DNA of 39,257 nucleotides from Candidatus Omnitrophota bacterium (GTDB lineage Bacteria; Omnitrophota; Omnitrophia; Omnitrophales; Aquincolibacteriaceae), in contig JAZDJU010000080.1 of the NCBI GenBank assembly GCA_043803685.1, positions 1 to 39,257 on the forward strand, given 5' to 3'. The notes under the pieces were generated by a model. The model was not told the origin of the DNA. It worked only from the letters and a program-made list of their open reading frames with translations, and did not search any database. Both the position numbers and the translations under genes were made by a program. This document shows positions 15,754 to 24,863 of this stretch, piece by piece (position 1 is the stretch's first letter; each line of letters opens with the position of its first letter).

Positions 15754-17316
15754 TTAGGCCGAGATCGGCTCATTCTTGCAGCTCAGCGCGATCTTGCGTC
15801 CTTCGTGATCCACGTTGAGAATGCTGCAACGGATGGAATCCCCGATGTTAAAACGCTTCGGAAGGTCCGCGGCGGTGCAATCCGGGATCTCGGAAACATG
15901 GATCAACCCCTCGAGGCCGTTGTCCAGTTCCACAAAAACCCCGAAATTCACGACCCTGGTGACTTTCCCCTGGAGCTCGAGCCCCGTGAGGAAATTCTTG
16001 GTGAGGTCGAGCCACGGATCATCCGACAGCTGTTTCATGCCGAGCGAAATTTTCTTCGCGTCCGCATCCACCGAAAGGACCATCACTTCCGCCGTGTCGC
16101 CTTTCTTAAGAACATCCGAGGGCTTCGCGACCTTGTGGGTCCAGGAAATATCGGACACATGGAGCAATCCTTCGATCCCGGGTTCGAGCTCGATAAACGC
16201 GCCGTAATCGGTGAGATTCCGGATGGTCCCGGTCACGCGACTTCCAACCTGAAACTTGTTGGAAACCGTGGTCCAGGGATTCTCCTGCGCCTGCTTCGCG
16301 CCAAGCGAGATCTTTTTCGCGGCGGTGTCCAGACTCAGAATCACAACATCCAGTTCCATTCCGATCGTCAGGATCTCACTCGGATGGTTCACGCGTTTGG
16401 TCCAGGACAGCTCGCTGATGTGGACCAAGCCTTCGATACCAGGCTCGAGTTCCACGAACGCGCCGTAGGGCAGGATATTGACGACCTTGCCGTGGACCTG
16501 ATTGCCGATCGCGTAACGCTTATCGACCGTGCCCCAGGGATCCGTCCCCTTCTGCTTAAGACCGAGGGAGATCTTCTGTTTGACCTGATCGATCGAGATG
16601 ACGACCACTTCGATGTCGTCGCCGATCTTCACGAGGTCGGAGGGATGCGAGATGCGTCCCCAGCTCATATCGGTGATATGGAGAAGACCATCGAGATTCC
16701 CGATGTCAATAAAGACACCGAAGTCCGTGATATTCTTCACTTTGCCCTTCACGACCTGACCCACCTTGAGGGTGCCCAGTTTTTCCGTGCGGGCTTCGTT
16801 GCGGCTCTTTTCAAGGAGATCCTTGCGGGAGACCACAACGTTCTTGCGCTTATGATTGATCTTTACGACGAGGAACTTGCTCTGCAGACCGATGAACATG
16901 TCCTGATTGCGGACCGGCTTGATGTCCACGAGCGACGCCGGCAGGAACGCTTCCATACCGATATCGACCATGAAACCGCCGCGCACTTTGCGGCAGATAC
17001 GCCCGTCCACAATGGCACCCTCGGTGGCATTGGAAAGAATGTCGTTCCAGGTCTTCTGGCGGTCGGCTTTCCGTTTGGAAAGGATCGCCGTACCTTCGAC
17101 ATCATTAAAACCTTCAAATAATACTTCGACTTCCGCGCCGACCACTAAAAGCTCGGGCTGAGGAAATTCATCTTTCGCCAAAATACCTTCGGCCTTGTAG
17201 GCAATGTCAATGACGACATCGCGCTCATGGACCGCGATCACGGTACCTTTGACGACCTCACCGATCTTGATGTCCTGAAAAGACTTCTCGTACAGCTCTG
17301 CGAACGTGGATTGCAT
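15754..17316 (-). CDS. rpsA: 30S ribosomal protein S1
   Basis: Six S1 repeats (GLLHITDMSW, GLVHISELSW and others). Start moved to MQSTFAELY at 17316, behind SD AAGGAGG. Confidence 0.96.
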   Translation of the reverse strand: MQSTFAELYEKSFQDIKIGEVVKGTVIAVHERDVVIDIAYKAEGILAKDEFPQPELLVVGAEVEVLFEGFNDVEGTAILSKRKADRQKTWNDILSNATEGAIVDGRICRKVRGGFMVDIGMEAFLPASLVDIKPVRNQDMFIGLQSKFLVVKINHKRKNVVVSRKDLLEKSRNEARTEKLGTLKVGQVVKGKVKNITDFGVFIDIGNLDGLLHITDMSWGRISHPSDLVKIGDDIEVVVISIDQVKQKISLGLKQKGTDPWGTVDKRYAIGNQVHGKVVNILPYGAFVELEPGIEGLVHISELSWTKRVNHPSEILTIGMELDVVILSLDTAAKKISLGAKQAQENPWTTVSNKFQVGSRVTGTIRNLTDYGAFIELEPGIEGLLHVSDISWTHKVAKPSDVLKKGDTAEVMVLSVDADAKKISLGMKQLSDDPWLDLTKNFLTGLELQGKVTRVVNFGVFVELDNGLEGLIHVSEIPDCTAADLPKRFNIGDSIRCSILNVDHEGRKIALSCKNEPISA

Positions 17317-17441
17317 AATAGGGAAAACCTCCTTAGAGAGTCCCCTTCTCATTGGGATTGCATGAAAATGGGGGTCCGCACCGTTTTTCCCTCTCAATTC
17401 CTAGCTTTTGGGCCGGAACTGAAATCGATGCGAACGCGCGA

Positions 17442-17450
17442 AGTATAGCA
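17442..17450 (-). promoter_or_regulatory. Extended -10 promoter upstream of rpsA
   Basis: Minus strand TGcTATACT in the tyrA-rpsA gap. Confidence 0.45.
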
Positions 17451-17490
17451 TATCTTCTGAATATGGGAAGGAAATTTTAAAAAATCCCTG

Positions 17491-17558
17491 AAACGGTGAA
17501 CGAGTAACGCCAAACGAAAGAGCTTTTACGCTCCCTGTTTCCCGTTTCCCATTCCCCG
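17491..17558. repeat. Heptamer inverted repeat array overlapping the tyrA stop
   Basis: Four AACGnnn units opposed to CGTTTCC-like units. Confidence 0.6.
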
Positions 17559-18389
17559 CAATGAATTGCGTTTCTGCGCCGCCTGGTCTAGAAATCGCGC
17601 CAGCTTCTTGGTATCCTTTGAACGAAGAAGCGTTTTGAAGGTCCGGAGTTCCCTCTCAAAACGACCCAGGACATTCAACATGACCTTTTGGTTCATGGAA
17701 AAGATCGGCTGCCAGATGGACGATGCCGCGGACGCAATACGCGTGGTATCACGGAAACCGGACGAAGCAACTTGGAGCGCGGGCGACGAAACAGTGTGCG
17801 TGAGACAAGCCGCAATGGCGTGCGGCAAATGACTGACCTCCCCCACAAACTGATCATGGACCTCGGGGGTCAACTCTATGATCCTGGAAGTAAAGCACCA
17901 CCAGAATTTTTTAGCCATTGTGTAAGCGCGAGGACAGGTCTTCACATCGCGCGTCAGGATCACAAGTCCTTCCTTATAGAGGTCGGGATTGACGGCCTGG
18001 ATCCCACGCTTATGAGAACCGACCATGGGATGGCACCCGACGAACGAAAGATTCTTCCATTGGCGGGAGTTCACTTCCTTCAGGACAGCCTCTTTGACGC
18101 TTCCAACGTCGATCACAAGAGCTCCCGGCGAGCAAACTTTGTCGATCGCTTCAAGATAAGGAAGGAAAGTATCGACCGGCGTGCAAAGAACGATAAGATC
18201 CGCGCCATGCGCGCCAAAGAGCACTTCCCGTGTGACTTCATGAGCCCATTTCTTTTTCTTGGCAAGCGTAAGAGCGTCGTGACTGCGGCTCACGCCGACG
18301 ATCCGCGCTTTGGGGAATTTCTTGCGGCATGCCGCCGCCAGTGAGCCGCCCATCAAGCCTAAGCCAATGATCGTAATTTTTTTAAACAT
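17526..18389 (-). CDS. tyrA: Prephenate/arogenate dehydrogenase
   Basis: IIGLGLMGGSL Rossmann motif, DVGSVK, HPMVG, SHLPH, SGFRDTTRIA. Start moved to MFKKITII, behind GGGAGAGG. Confidence 0.93.
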   Translation of the reverse strand: MFKKITIIGLGLMGGSLAAACRKKFPKARIVGVSRSHDALTLAKKKKWAHEVTREVLFGAHGADLIVLCTPVDTFLPYLEAIDKVCSPGALVIDVGSVKEAVLKEVNSRQWKNLSFVGCHPMVGSHKRGIQAVNPDLYKEGLVILTRDVKTCPRAYTMAKKFWWCFTSRIIELTPEVHDQFVGEVSHLPHAIAACLTHTVSSPALQVASSGFRDTTRIASAASSIWQPIFSMNQKVMLNVLGRFERELRTFKTLLRSKDTKKLARFLDQAAQKRNSLRGMGNGKQGA

Positions 18390-18423
18390 AAAATTCAATT
18401 TCCTCTCCCAGTAAATCACATTT

Positions 18424-18480
18424 CGAGCCACGAGCCACGCACCACGTGGCTCTTGGCACATGGAACGTGGCACGCGGCCG
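18424..18480. repeat. Heptamer inverted repeat array (aroF-tyrA junction)
   Basis: Three CGAGCCA-like units, then four to five TGGnnCG-like units. Confidence 0.8.
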
Positions 18481-18483
18481 CGA

Positions 18484-19500
18484 TCAAATGTCGCGGCCGA
18501 CGGCATGCGCGATCAGACGAACCTTCTTCATCATCTCGTCGAACTGCACCGGAAGCACCGACTGCTCCCCATCGCTTTTCGCCTCTTCGGGATTCTGGTG
18601 AACTTCGATCATCAAAGCATCGCAACCCGCCGCCACCCCGGCCATGGCCATCGGCGGCACATAATCCCGATAGCCCGTTCCGTGCGAAGGATCGACGAGC
18701 ACGGGTAAATGAGTCTCTTTTTTGAGCACAGGAATCGCGTTCAAGTCGAGCGTGTTACGCGTGGCGGTCTCGAACGTCCGGATCCCGCGCTCGCCGAGAA
18801 TAACCTTGAAATTCCCTTTCGATAGCAGGTACTCAGCGGACATTAAGAGGTCCTTCACGGTCGCGCTGAGTCCACGTTTGAGGAGCACCGGCTTCTTCGT
18901 CATGCCGCACTCTTTGAGCAGATCGAAATTCTGCATGTTCCGCGCACCGATCTGGAGCATGTCCGCGTATTGCGACACAAGTTCCACCTGACGCGTATCC
19001 ATCACCTCGGTCACGACCTGGAGATCCGTCTCATCCGCCGCCTGGCGCAGATATTTCAGGCCCTCTTCGCCCAATCCCTGAAAGGAATAAGGCGACGTGC
19101 GCGGCTTGAACGCTCCGCCACGGAGAAATGTCGCGCCGGACCTTTTAACGGCCTTGGCAACTTCCAACAACTTGTCATAACTTTCCACCGAACAAGGCCC
19201 GGCCATCACCACGATCTTTTTGCCGCCAACCTTGACACCGTTCCCCATCTCGAACTCGGTGTTCTCTTGTCTGTAATCATGACTCGCGAGTTTGTAAGGC
19301 TTAAGGATCGCCATCACGGTCTCAACGCCCGGAAAGACCTCCAGCGGTTGGACCTGCAGTTTCTCCTCGTCCCCGATCACACCGATCACGGTGCGCTCAA
19401 CACCCCGGGAAACTTGCGGCGTGAGCCCGAGTTCACGGACCTTTTCACAGATATGTTCCAGTTCCTGCGGCGTTGCCGTCTTCTTAAGAACAATGATCAT
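18484..19500 (-). CDS. aroF: DAHP synthase (class I-beta, N-terminal regulatory domain)
   Basis: [37 protein letters not shown]. Confidence 0.95.
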   Translation of the reverse strand: MIIVLKKTATPQELEHICEKVRELGLTPQVSRGVERTVIGVIGDEEKLQVQPLEVFPGVETVMAILKPYKLASHDYRQENTEFEMGNGVKVGGKKIVVMAGPCSVESYDKLLEVAKAVKRSGATFLRGGAFKPRTSPYSFQGLGEEGLKYLRQAADETDLQVVTEVMDTRQVELVSQYADMLQIGARNMQNFDLLKECGMTKKPVLLKRGLSATVKDLLMSAEYLLSKGNFKVILGERGIRTFETATRNTLDLNAIPVLKKETHLPVLVDPSHGTGYRDYVPPMAMAGVAAGCDALMIEVHQNPEEAKSDGEQSVLPVQFDEMMKKVRLIAHAVGRDI

Positions 19501-19540
19501 TTCACACTCCCTTTCAAACGAACGTTATATAAAGATAATC

Positions 19541-19598
19541 CGCTCCACGACCCACGCGCCACGGCTTTCGTGGCCCTTGGCTCGTGGATCGTGGCTCT
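19541..19598. repeat. Heptamer inverted repeat array (hisC-aroF junction)
   Basis: Three CGnnCCA units and four TGGnnCG-like units; same family as 18424 and 20722. Confidence 0.8.
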
Positions 19599-19600
19599 AA

Positions 19601-20701
19601 TTATTCCGTTTTCTTTTCTAAAAACGCCTTGAGCAATTTGATCAACTGCACATTCTGCCCGCGACGGCCGATCGTAATACGGATCCAGTCCGCAAGCTTA
19701 TAGGCGTTCATCGGCCGGACGATCATCCCCTGCCGCAATAAATATTGGTAAACCTCTTGTCCGTCCGTCTTCATATGAACAAGGATAAAATTCGCCTGGC
19801 TCGGCAAAAACTCCAGCCCCAATTTCTTGAGCTTACGATAGAAGAATTTCCTCCCCCGGAGCACGAGCCACTTTGTACGCCAAAGGAAAAAGGTATCATC
19901 CAGCGCCGCTACGACTGCGGCCTGCGCCACGGCATTCACATTGAACGGCTGACGGACCTTGTGGAGATACTCCACCATTTCTTTGGACGCTGCGCCGTAA
20001 CCGATGCGAAGCCCCGCGAGTCCGTACGCCTTGGAAAATGTGCGAAGCACCACGACGTTCGCGCGGCCGCCTTTCACGTACGTAAGCATCTTCGGAAAAT
20101 CCGCCGCGTCCACGAAATCCACGTACGCCTCGTCGAAACACACGACCACGTTCTCAGGGACTTTCGCTAGAAAATCCTCGATCTCCTTCGCGGTCACGTA
20201 GGTTCCGGTCGGATTGTTGGGGTTCGCAATAAAAATAAGTTTGGTCTTCGGCGTGATCGCCCGGAGCATCCCCTCGAGATCATACCGGTGATCCTTCATG
20301 GGCACGGCCGTAAAGCTCGCACCGCAAACTTGCGAAAGGATCGGATAGACCAGAAAAGTCATTTCCGAGGAGATCACCTCATCCCCTTCGGACAGAAAGC
20401 CGCGCGCCAAAAGTTCGATGATCTCGTTGGACCCATTCCCGAAAATGAGATGCGCCGGATCGATATCCAGTTCCTTGGCCAGCCGCGTCAGAAGATAGTA
20501 GCAACTGCCTTCCGGATAGAGATGCACCTCCCGGATCGCCTTACGCATCGCGCGGATCGCCTTCCCCGAAGGCCCGAGAGGGTTCTCGTTCGAAGCGAGC
20601 TTGATGACGTTCCGGATCCCGTACTCCCGCTGTAGCTCTTTGATCGGCTTCCCGGGTTCGTAGGGTTTGATATCTTGAATGTGTTTTTTAAATGGGATCA
20701 T
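19601..20701 (-). CDS. hisC: Histidinol-phosphate / aromatic aminotransferase
   Basis: KLASNENPLG, NPNNPTG, DEAY, RTFSKAYGLAGLRIGY. The start is 20701 or 20722. Confidence 0.93.
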   Translation of the reverse strand: MIPFKKHIQDIKPYEPGKPIKELQREYGIRNVIKLASNENPLGPSGKAIRAMRKAIREVHLYPEGSCYYLLTRLAKELDIDPAHLIFGNGSNEIIELLARGFLSEGDEVISSEMTFLVYPILSQVCGASFTAVPMKDHRYDLEGMLRAITPKTKLIFIANPNNPTGTYVTAKEIEDFLAKVPENVVVCFDEAYVDFVDAADFPKMLTYVKGGRANVVVLRTFSKAYGLAGLRIGYGAASKEMVEYLHKVRQPFNVNAVAQAAVVAALDDTFFLWRTKWLVLRGRKFFYRKLKKLGLEFLPSQANFILVHMKTDGQEVYQYLLRQGMIVRPMNAYKLADWIRITIGRRGQNVQLIKLLKAFLEKKTE

Positions 20702-20721
20702 ACATTCTTTAAATGGGGCCA

Positions 20722-20778
20722 TGTTCCACGAGCCAAGGGCCACGAAATCGTGGTGCGTGGACCGTGTCCCGTGGTTCC
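20722..20778. repeat. Heptamer inverted repeat array (pheA-hisC junction)
   Basis: TGTTCCA CGAGCCA AGGGCCA CG ... CG TGGTGCG TGGACCG TGTCCCG TGGTTCC. Confidence 0.8.
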
Positions 20779-20782
20779 CTTT

Positions 20783-21862
20783 TTAGTCTTTTGTCTTTCC
20801 CACCGTGGGATAAGAACCCAGCACCTTGAGGAACTTGACCTTCTTCTCCATGTCGCCGATCATCTTCCGGACCTTCGGGTCCGCCACATGGCCTTCAAGA
20901 TCGATATAGAAATAATAGTCCCACGCCTTTTTCTTCGACGGGCGCGACTCGATCTTAGTCATGTTCACGCGGTATTTCTTGATCGGCAGAAGCATCTCAT
21001 AAAGAGCGCCTACCTTGTCACGGATCGAAACAAGGATCGACGTCTTATCCTTGCCGGTCCGGCCCGGGATCTGTTTGGCGATCACGAGAAAGCGGGTCAC
21101 GTTATTCGAAAAATCCTGGATCCCTTCCGCGAGAATCGGCAGATTATAGAGCGTTGCCGCGAGCTTGGAGCCGATCGCCGCCGCGCCTTCCTCGTCCCCC
21201 GCGCGCTTCGCCGCCGCCGCCGTGCTCGAAGCTTCCATGAGCTCCGCGTGATGAAGATGCGACTCAAGCCACATCCGGCACTGCCCGAACACCTCCGCCT
21301 TGGAGTACACGCGCTTGATCTGCTTCATGTTCGGAACATTGGACATCAGATTGTGCGCAATCTCAAAATAGATCTCGGAACAGATCTTCAAGTCCGAATC
21401 TATGAACATGTCCAACGTGTGACTCACGGCCCCGTCGATGGAATTCTCGATCGGGATCACGCCGTAATCAGCGCGGCCCTGCTCGACTTCCCGGAAAACC
21501 TCACCGATGCTCGCGCAGGAACGATATTCCACGCTCGAACCGAATTTGGAAAGCGACGCAAGATGCGTGAAGGTCGCCTCAGGCCCTAGGTAAGCGATCG
21601 CAAGCGGCTTTTCCAACGCAAGCGCCGCCGACATGATCTCCCGGTAAATGGATTTCAAGGCGTCCTTCGGCAGAACCCCTTTTCCCGCCAGGGCGTCGAT
21701 CTTCCGGTAGATCTCGCTTTCCCGCTCCGGAGCGTAGATCTCCTTACCGGCTTCGGTCTTTTTTTTGCCGACTTCGCGCGCGAACTCCGTCCGCGCGTTC
21801 AGAAGTCCGATGATCTTGTGATCCAATTCGTCGATCTTCTTGCGTAGATGGCTCAGGTCCAT
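20783..21862 (-). CDS. pheA: Chorismate mutase / prephenate dehydratase
   Basis: LRKKIDELD mutase domain, YLGPEATFT, PIENS, NVTRF, and an ACT domain with IESRP. Start moved to MDLSHLR. Confidence 0.95.
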   Translation of the reverse strand: MDLSHLRKKIDELDHKIIGLLNARTEFAREVGKKKTEAGKEIYAPERESEIYRKIDALAGKGVLPKDALKSIYREIMSAALALEKPLAIAYLGPEATFTHLASLSKFGSSVEYRSCASIGEVFREVEQGRADYGVIPIENSIDGAVSHTLDMFIDSDLKICSEIYFEIAHNLMSNVPNMKQIKRVYSKAEVFGQCRMWLESHLHHAELMEASSTAAAAKRAGDEEGAAAIGSKLAATLYNLPILAEGIQDFSNNVTRFLVIAKQIPGRTGKDKTSILVSIRDKVGALYEMLLPIKKYRVNMTKIESRPSKKKAWDYYFYIDLEGHVADPKVRKMIGDMEKKVKFLKVLGSYPTVGKTKD

Positions 21863-21863
21863 A

Positions 21864-22751
21864 TCAAATCTCTCCCTCGCTCTGACTCGGTGTGTTCTCT
21901 TCCGCCACTTGCGACACGTCCGCCGAAACTTCGGGAGCGGGGGTAGCCGCATCCTGCGTTGCTACGTCTAGAGTCACAACATCCTGCGCACCGTCCGGAT
22001 CCTGGGGCATGTCGACGATCTTCTTCGTTCCGATCAGCTCTTCCTTCTTTACCGAACTATCCACCATCTGACGGATCTCGTCTATGCTCGGAAGGTCCCG
22101 CAATTCCTTGAGACCGAAATGTTCCAGGAACTTTTCCGTCGTCCCGTACATGAATGGTCTTCCAGGGACTTCTTTCTTCCCCACGATCTTGATGAAATTC
22201 TTTTCCATGAGCGTATTCAACACACCGCTCGTGTCCACCCCGCGAAGCGCCTCGATCTCGGCTCGTGTGAGCGGCTGTTTGTAAGCCAGGATCGCCAGCG
22301 TCTCAAGAGCCGACTGCGTCGCCTGCCGTGCCTTTCGCTGCAATTCAATCCTCAGGATCCACGGCGCGAATTCCCTCTTCGTTGAAAGCTCATAGCCTCC
22401 GGCGATCTCCAAAAGTTCGAAACAGCGCTCTGTCTTTTGATAGTCTTCCTTAAGTTCGGCCACGATCTTCTCGATCTGGCTCACGGTCAGGACTTTCGTG
22501 ACCTTGCGGATCTCGGCCGGCGTCAAAGGCTTCGAAGATGCAAAGATCAGCGCCTCGACCACGAGCTTGGCCTTTTTCGGATCCTGAAGGTCCTCTTCAC
22601 GAAGTGATTCGATCTGGAATTTTTCGGCACCCGTCAGCCCTTCAAGGGCGTTCTTCTCCTCGAGCTGTTCCTGGATCTCCTGGTCGAGTTCCTTGCGCAG
22701 ACTCTTGAGCTTGGCTTGCTTTTCCCGTTCCTGTGCCGCTGTAGGTCTCAT
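21864..22751 (-). CDS. scpB: SMC-Scp complex subunit ScpB
   Basis: VEALIFAS, ALETLAILAYKQPLTRAEIEALRGV, PGRPFMYGTT..FLEHFGL. Confidence 0.95.
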   Translation of the reverse strand: MRPTAAQEREKQAKLKSLRKELDQEIQEQLEEKNALEGLTGAEKFQIESLREEDLQDPKKAKLVVEALIFASSKPLTPAEIRKVTKVLTVSQIEKIVAELKEDYQKTERCFELLEIAGGYELSTKREFAPWILRIELQRKARQATQSALETLAILAYKQPLTRAEIEALRGVDTSGVLNTLMEKNFIKIVGKKEVPGRPFMYGTTEKFLEHFGLKELRDLPSIDEIRQMVDSSVKKEELIGTKKIVDMPQDPDGAQDVVTLDVATQDAATPAPEVSADVSQVAEENTPSQSEGEI

Positions 22752-22800
22752 GATCTATGAAAGCTCCTGTTATGAAAACAAAATGTTGCGACCATTCATC

Positions 22801-22870
22801 TGTGTCAAAGTATCAACGTATCAAAGTGTCAAAAGACTCTGACACTTTGACGCCTCAGAAACCATGACAC
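22801..22870. repeat. Octamer inverted repeat array (scpA-scpB junction)
   Basis: Four nGT(A/G)TCAA units and about four degenerate TGACAC-type units; same family as 14404. Confidence 0.75.
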
Positions 22871-22883
22871 GGCGTTCGTTATA

Positions 22884-23873
22884 CTAATTCTCTTCCCGTT
22901 TTTCAATGACGATCTCGCCAAATTGCTTTTCCTGACGCACCCAAGCGAACCGGGTCCTGACAAGCTCGAGGACCGCGAGGAACGTCGCGATCAGTTCGTT
23001 CCGCGTCCAACGCTCAGAAAAAAGATCGTTAAACGAGAGCTTCTTCTTTTCAACGAGGTAGGACTGGATCTGGATCATCTTCTCCTCGATCGAGACAACC
23101 TCTTCGAAAACCTCGTGCTCGTTCTTGGGCGTCTTTTTGGCGAGCACATTCTGGAACGCGACGATAAGATCGAAAAAATTCGCGCTAAACGTATCAACCC
23201 CTGCGTCCTCGGGGTCCAGGTCTCCCAGATAATAGTCCGTGATCTGGCGCGTGAACATCTTGCCACGCTCAGTCTGAAGAAGTCCGAGCTCCTTCGCCGC
23301 TTCTTTAAATGCCTGATACTCGAGAAGCTTGCGCACGAGCTCCGCGCGCGGGTCCTCGCCTTCGCCTTCCTCCTCATCCTTATCCGTCGGAAGCAGCATC
23401 TTGGACTTAATATAGATGAGCGTCGCGGCCATCACGATAAATTCGCCCGCGACCTCGAGGTCCAGCTGCTTCATTACTTTCAGATAATCCAGATACTGCT
23501 GCGTGATCTCTGCCACCGGGATGTCATAGACGTTCATCTCATTCTTTCGAATGAGATCCAGAAGAAGATCCAGCGGACCGTCATAAGCAGCGATCTTGAC
23601 GTGGAGCGGGTCGTGTTCTTTCACGGCCTCGGCGACAAGCGGAAGTGCGGAGACATCTAAAGAAGCAGGCCCGGCTTCAGGGGCACAGGCGTCACCACTC
23701 TGGCTTTCGCCAGGAAGTGCTGGAGCGTCCGTCCCCGCGTCTTGTTGCGAAGGCGCTACGACGCCAGCCCCATCGCCTGCAGGGTTTCCTTGAGGGTTTG
23801 GCTCGCTACTTCCCGTGCCCTCTTGGCCCCCCGGTCGAGGATCTGCCGTATTTCCGTTTTTTTCATCATCCAT
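22884..23873 (-). CDS. scpA: Segregation and condensation protein A
   Basis: YDGPLDLLLDLI, AGEFIVMAATLIYIKSKMLLP, DPRAELV, FLAVLEL. The start is uncertain: ATG 23873 overlapping trpS, or GTG 23624. Confidence 0.9.
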   Translation of the reverse strand: MDDEKNGNTADPRPGGQEGTGSSEPNPQGNPAGDGAGVVAPSQQDAGTDAPALPGESQSGDACAPEAGPASLDVSALPLVAEAVKEHDPLHVKIAAYDGPLDLLLDLIRKNEMNVYDIPVAEITQQYLDYLKVMKQLDLEVAGEFIVMAATLIYIKSKMLLPTDKDEEEGEGEDPRAELVRKLLEYQAFKEAAKELGLLQTERGKMFTRQITDYYLGDLDPEDAGVDTFSANFFDLIVAFQNVLAKKTPKNEHEVFEEVVSIEEKMIQIQSYLVEKKKLSFNDLFSERWTRNELIATFLAVLELVRTRFAWVRQEKQFGEIVIEKREEN

Positions 23874-24739
23874 GATTCACGTTTTTCCCGTATAGGATCC
23901 ATAAATGCGTTCAGTTTCGCGGCCATTTCCATTTTACAATCCACACAGCCGCGCGCCGCGTCCCGGCATTCCCGCGCGACCGTTTCCGTCTGTTCTTTAT
24001 TAAAAAGATTATGATAGAAAAAAACCGGACAAACTTCCGGATGTCCTTTGTCCGACCGCAATTTCCGCGCCGGGTCCGTCACCATGGCCTTGACCTTCTT
24101 CGTCACTTCTTCCTTGGGATCCGCGAGATAGATGCAATTACCATAGCTTTTGCTCATCTTCCGGCCGTCGAGTCCAGGAACTTTCGGCACGCGCGTCATT
24201 ACGGCCTCCGGCTCAGGAAAAACCTGTTTCTTATAGAGATGAAAGAACCGGCGAATGATCTCACGGGTCAGCTCCAGATGCGGCAACTGATCCTCCCCCA
24301 CCGGAACTTTCTCGGCCTTATAAAGCGCGATATCCGCGGCCTGGAGGACCGGATATCCCAAAAAACCGTGCGTGTGAAGATCTTTCCCTTTGAGTTCGGC
24401 GAGCTGATCCTTATAAGTCGGATTCCGTTCGAGCCAGCCCAGCGGCGTGATCATCGAAAAAAGCAGGGCTAGATTGGCATGCTCCAGGACTTCGCTCTGG
24501 ACGAACATCGTGCACTGCTCCGGATCAAGACCGCTCGACAGATAATCGATCACGACTTCCGTCACGTTCTCGGCGATCTTGGTTTTGTCCTCGTACTCCG
24601 TGGTCAGGGCATGCAGGTCCGCGATCATGAAAAAAGCGTCCTGTCCCTGCAATTTTTTGTAGTTCTCGAGAGCTCCCAGGAGGTTCCCCAGATGCAGTTT
24701 TCCCGTGGGCCGTGTACCGCTTAGAACGCGTGTTGACAT
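23756..24739 (-). CDS. trpS: Tryptophan--tRNA ligase
   Basis: SGTRPTGKLHLGN (HIGH), YPVLQAADI, PVGEDQ, KMSKS. Start moved to MSTRVLSG. Confidence 0.96.
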   Translation of the reverse strand: MSTRVLSGTRPTGKLHLGNLLGALENYKKLQGQDAFFMIADLHALTTEYEDKTKIAENVTEVVIDYLSSGLDPEQCTMFVQSEVLEHANLALLFSMITPLGWLERNPTYKDQLAELKGKDLHTHGFLGYPVLQAADIALYKAEKVPVGEDQLPHLELTREIIRRFFHLYKKQVFPEPEAVMTRVPKVPGLDGRKMSKSYGNCIYLADPKEEVTKKVKAMVTDPARKLRSDKGHPEVCPVFFYHNLFNKEQTETVARECRDAARGCVDCKMEMAAKLNAFMDPIREKRESWMMKKTEIRQILDRGAKRAREVASQTLKETLQAMGLAS

Positions 24740-24776
24740 AATGAGGGCAAATCTCCGCAACCTGTGAATTTCGAGG

Positions 24777-24806
24777 ATTTTACAGCAGATCGTTCAAAAG
24801 TGTCAA
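24777..24806 (-). promoter_or_regulatory. Sigma70 promoter of the trpS-scpAB-pheA-hisC-aroF-tyrA run
   Basis: Minus strand TTGACA (24806-24801), 18 nt, TAAAAT (24782-24777). Confidence 0.65.
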
Positions 24807-24863
24807 TCAAACACATCAGCAGAAGAAGTGTAGATCGTCAAACCCCCGATCGAGGGATTGTCT

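Noticed and set aside
15568..17121. 517-aa plus-strand ORF
   Set aside because: Antisense shadow of rpsA with no protein-family signal.
14404..22870. Short repeat arrays read as CRISPR
   Set aside because: Units are 7-8 bp with no unique spacers, and no cas genes are present.
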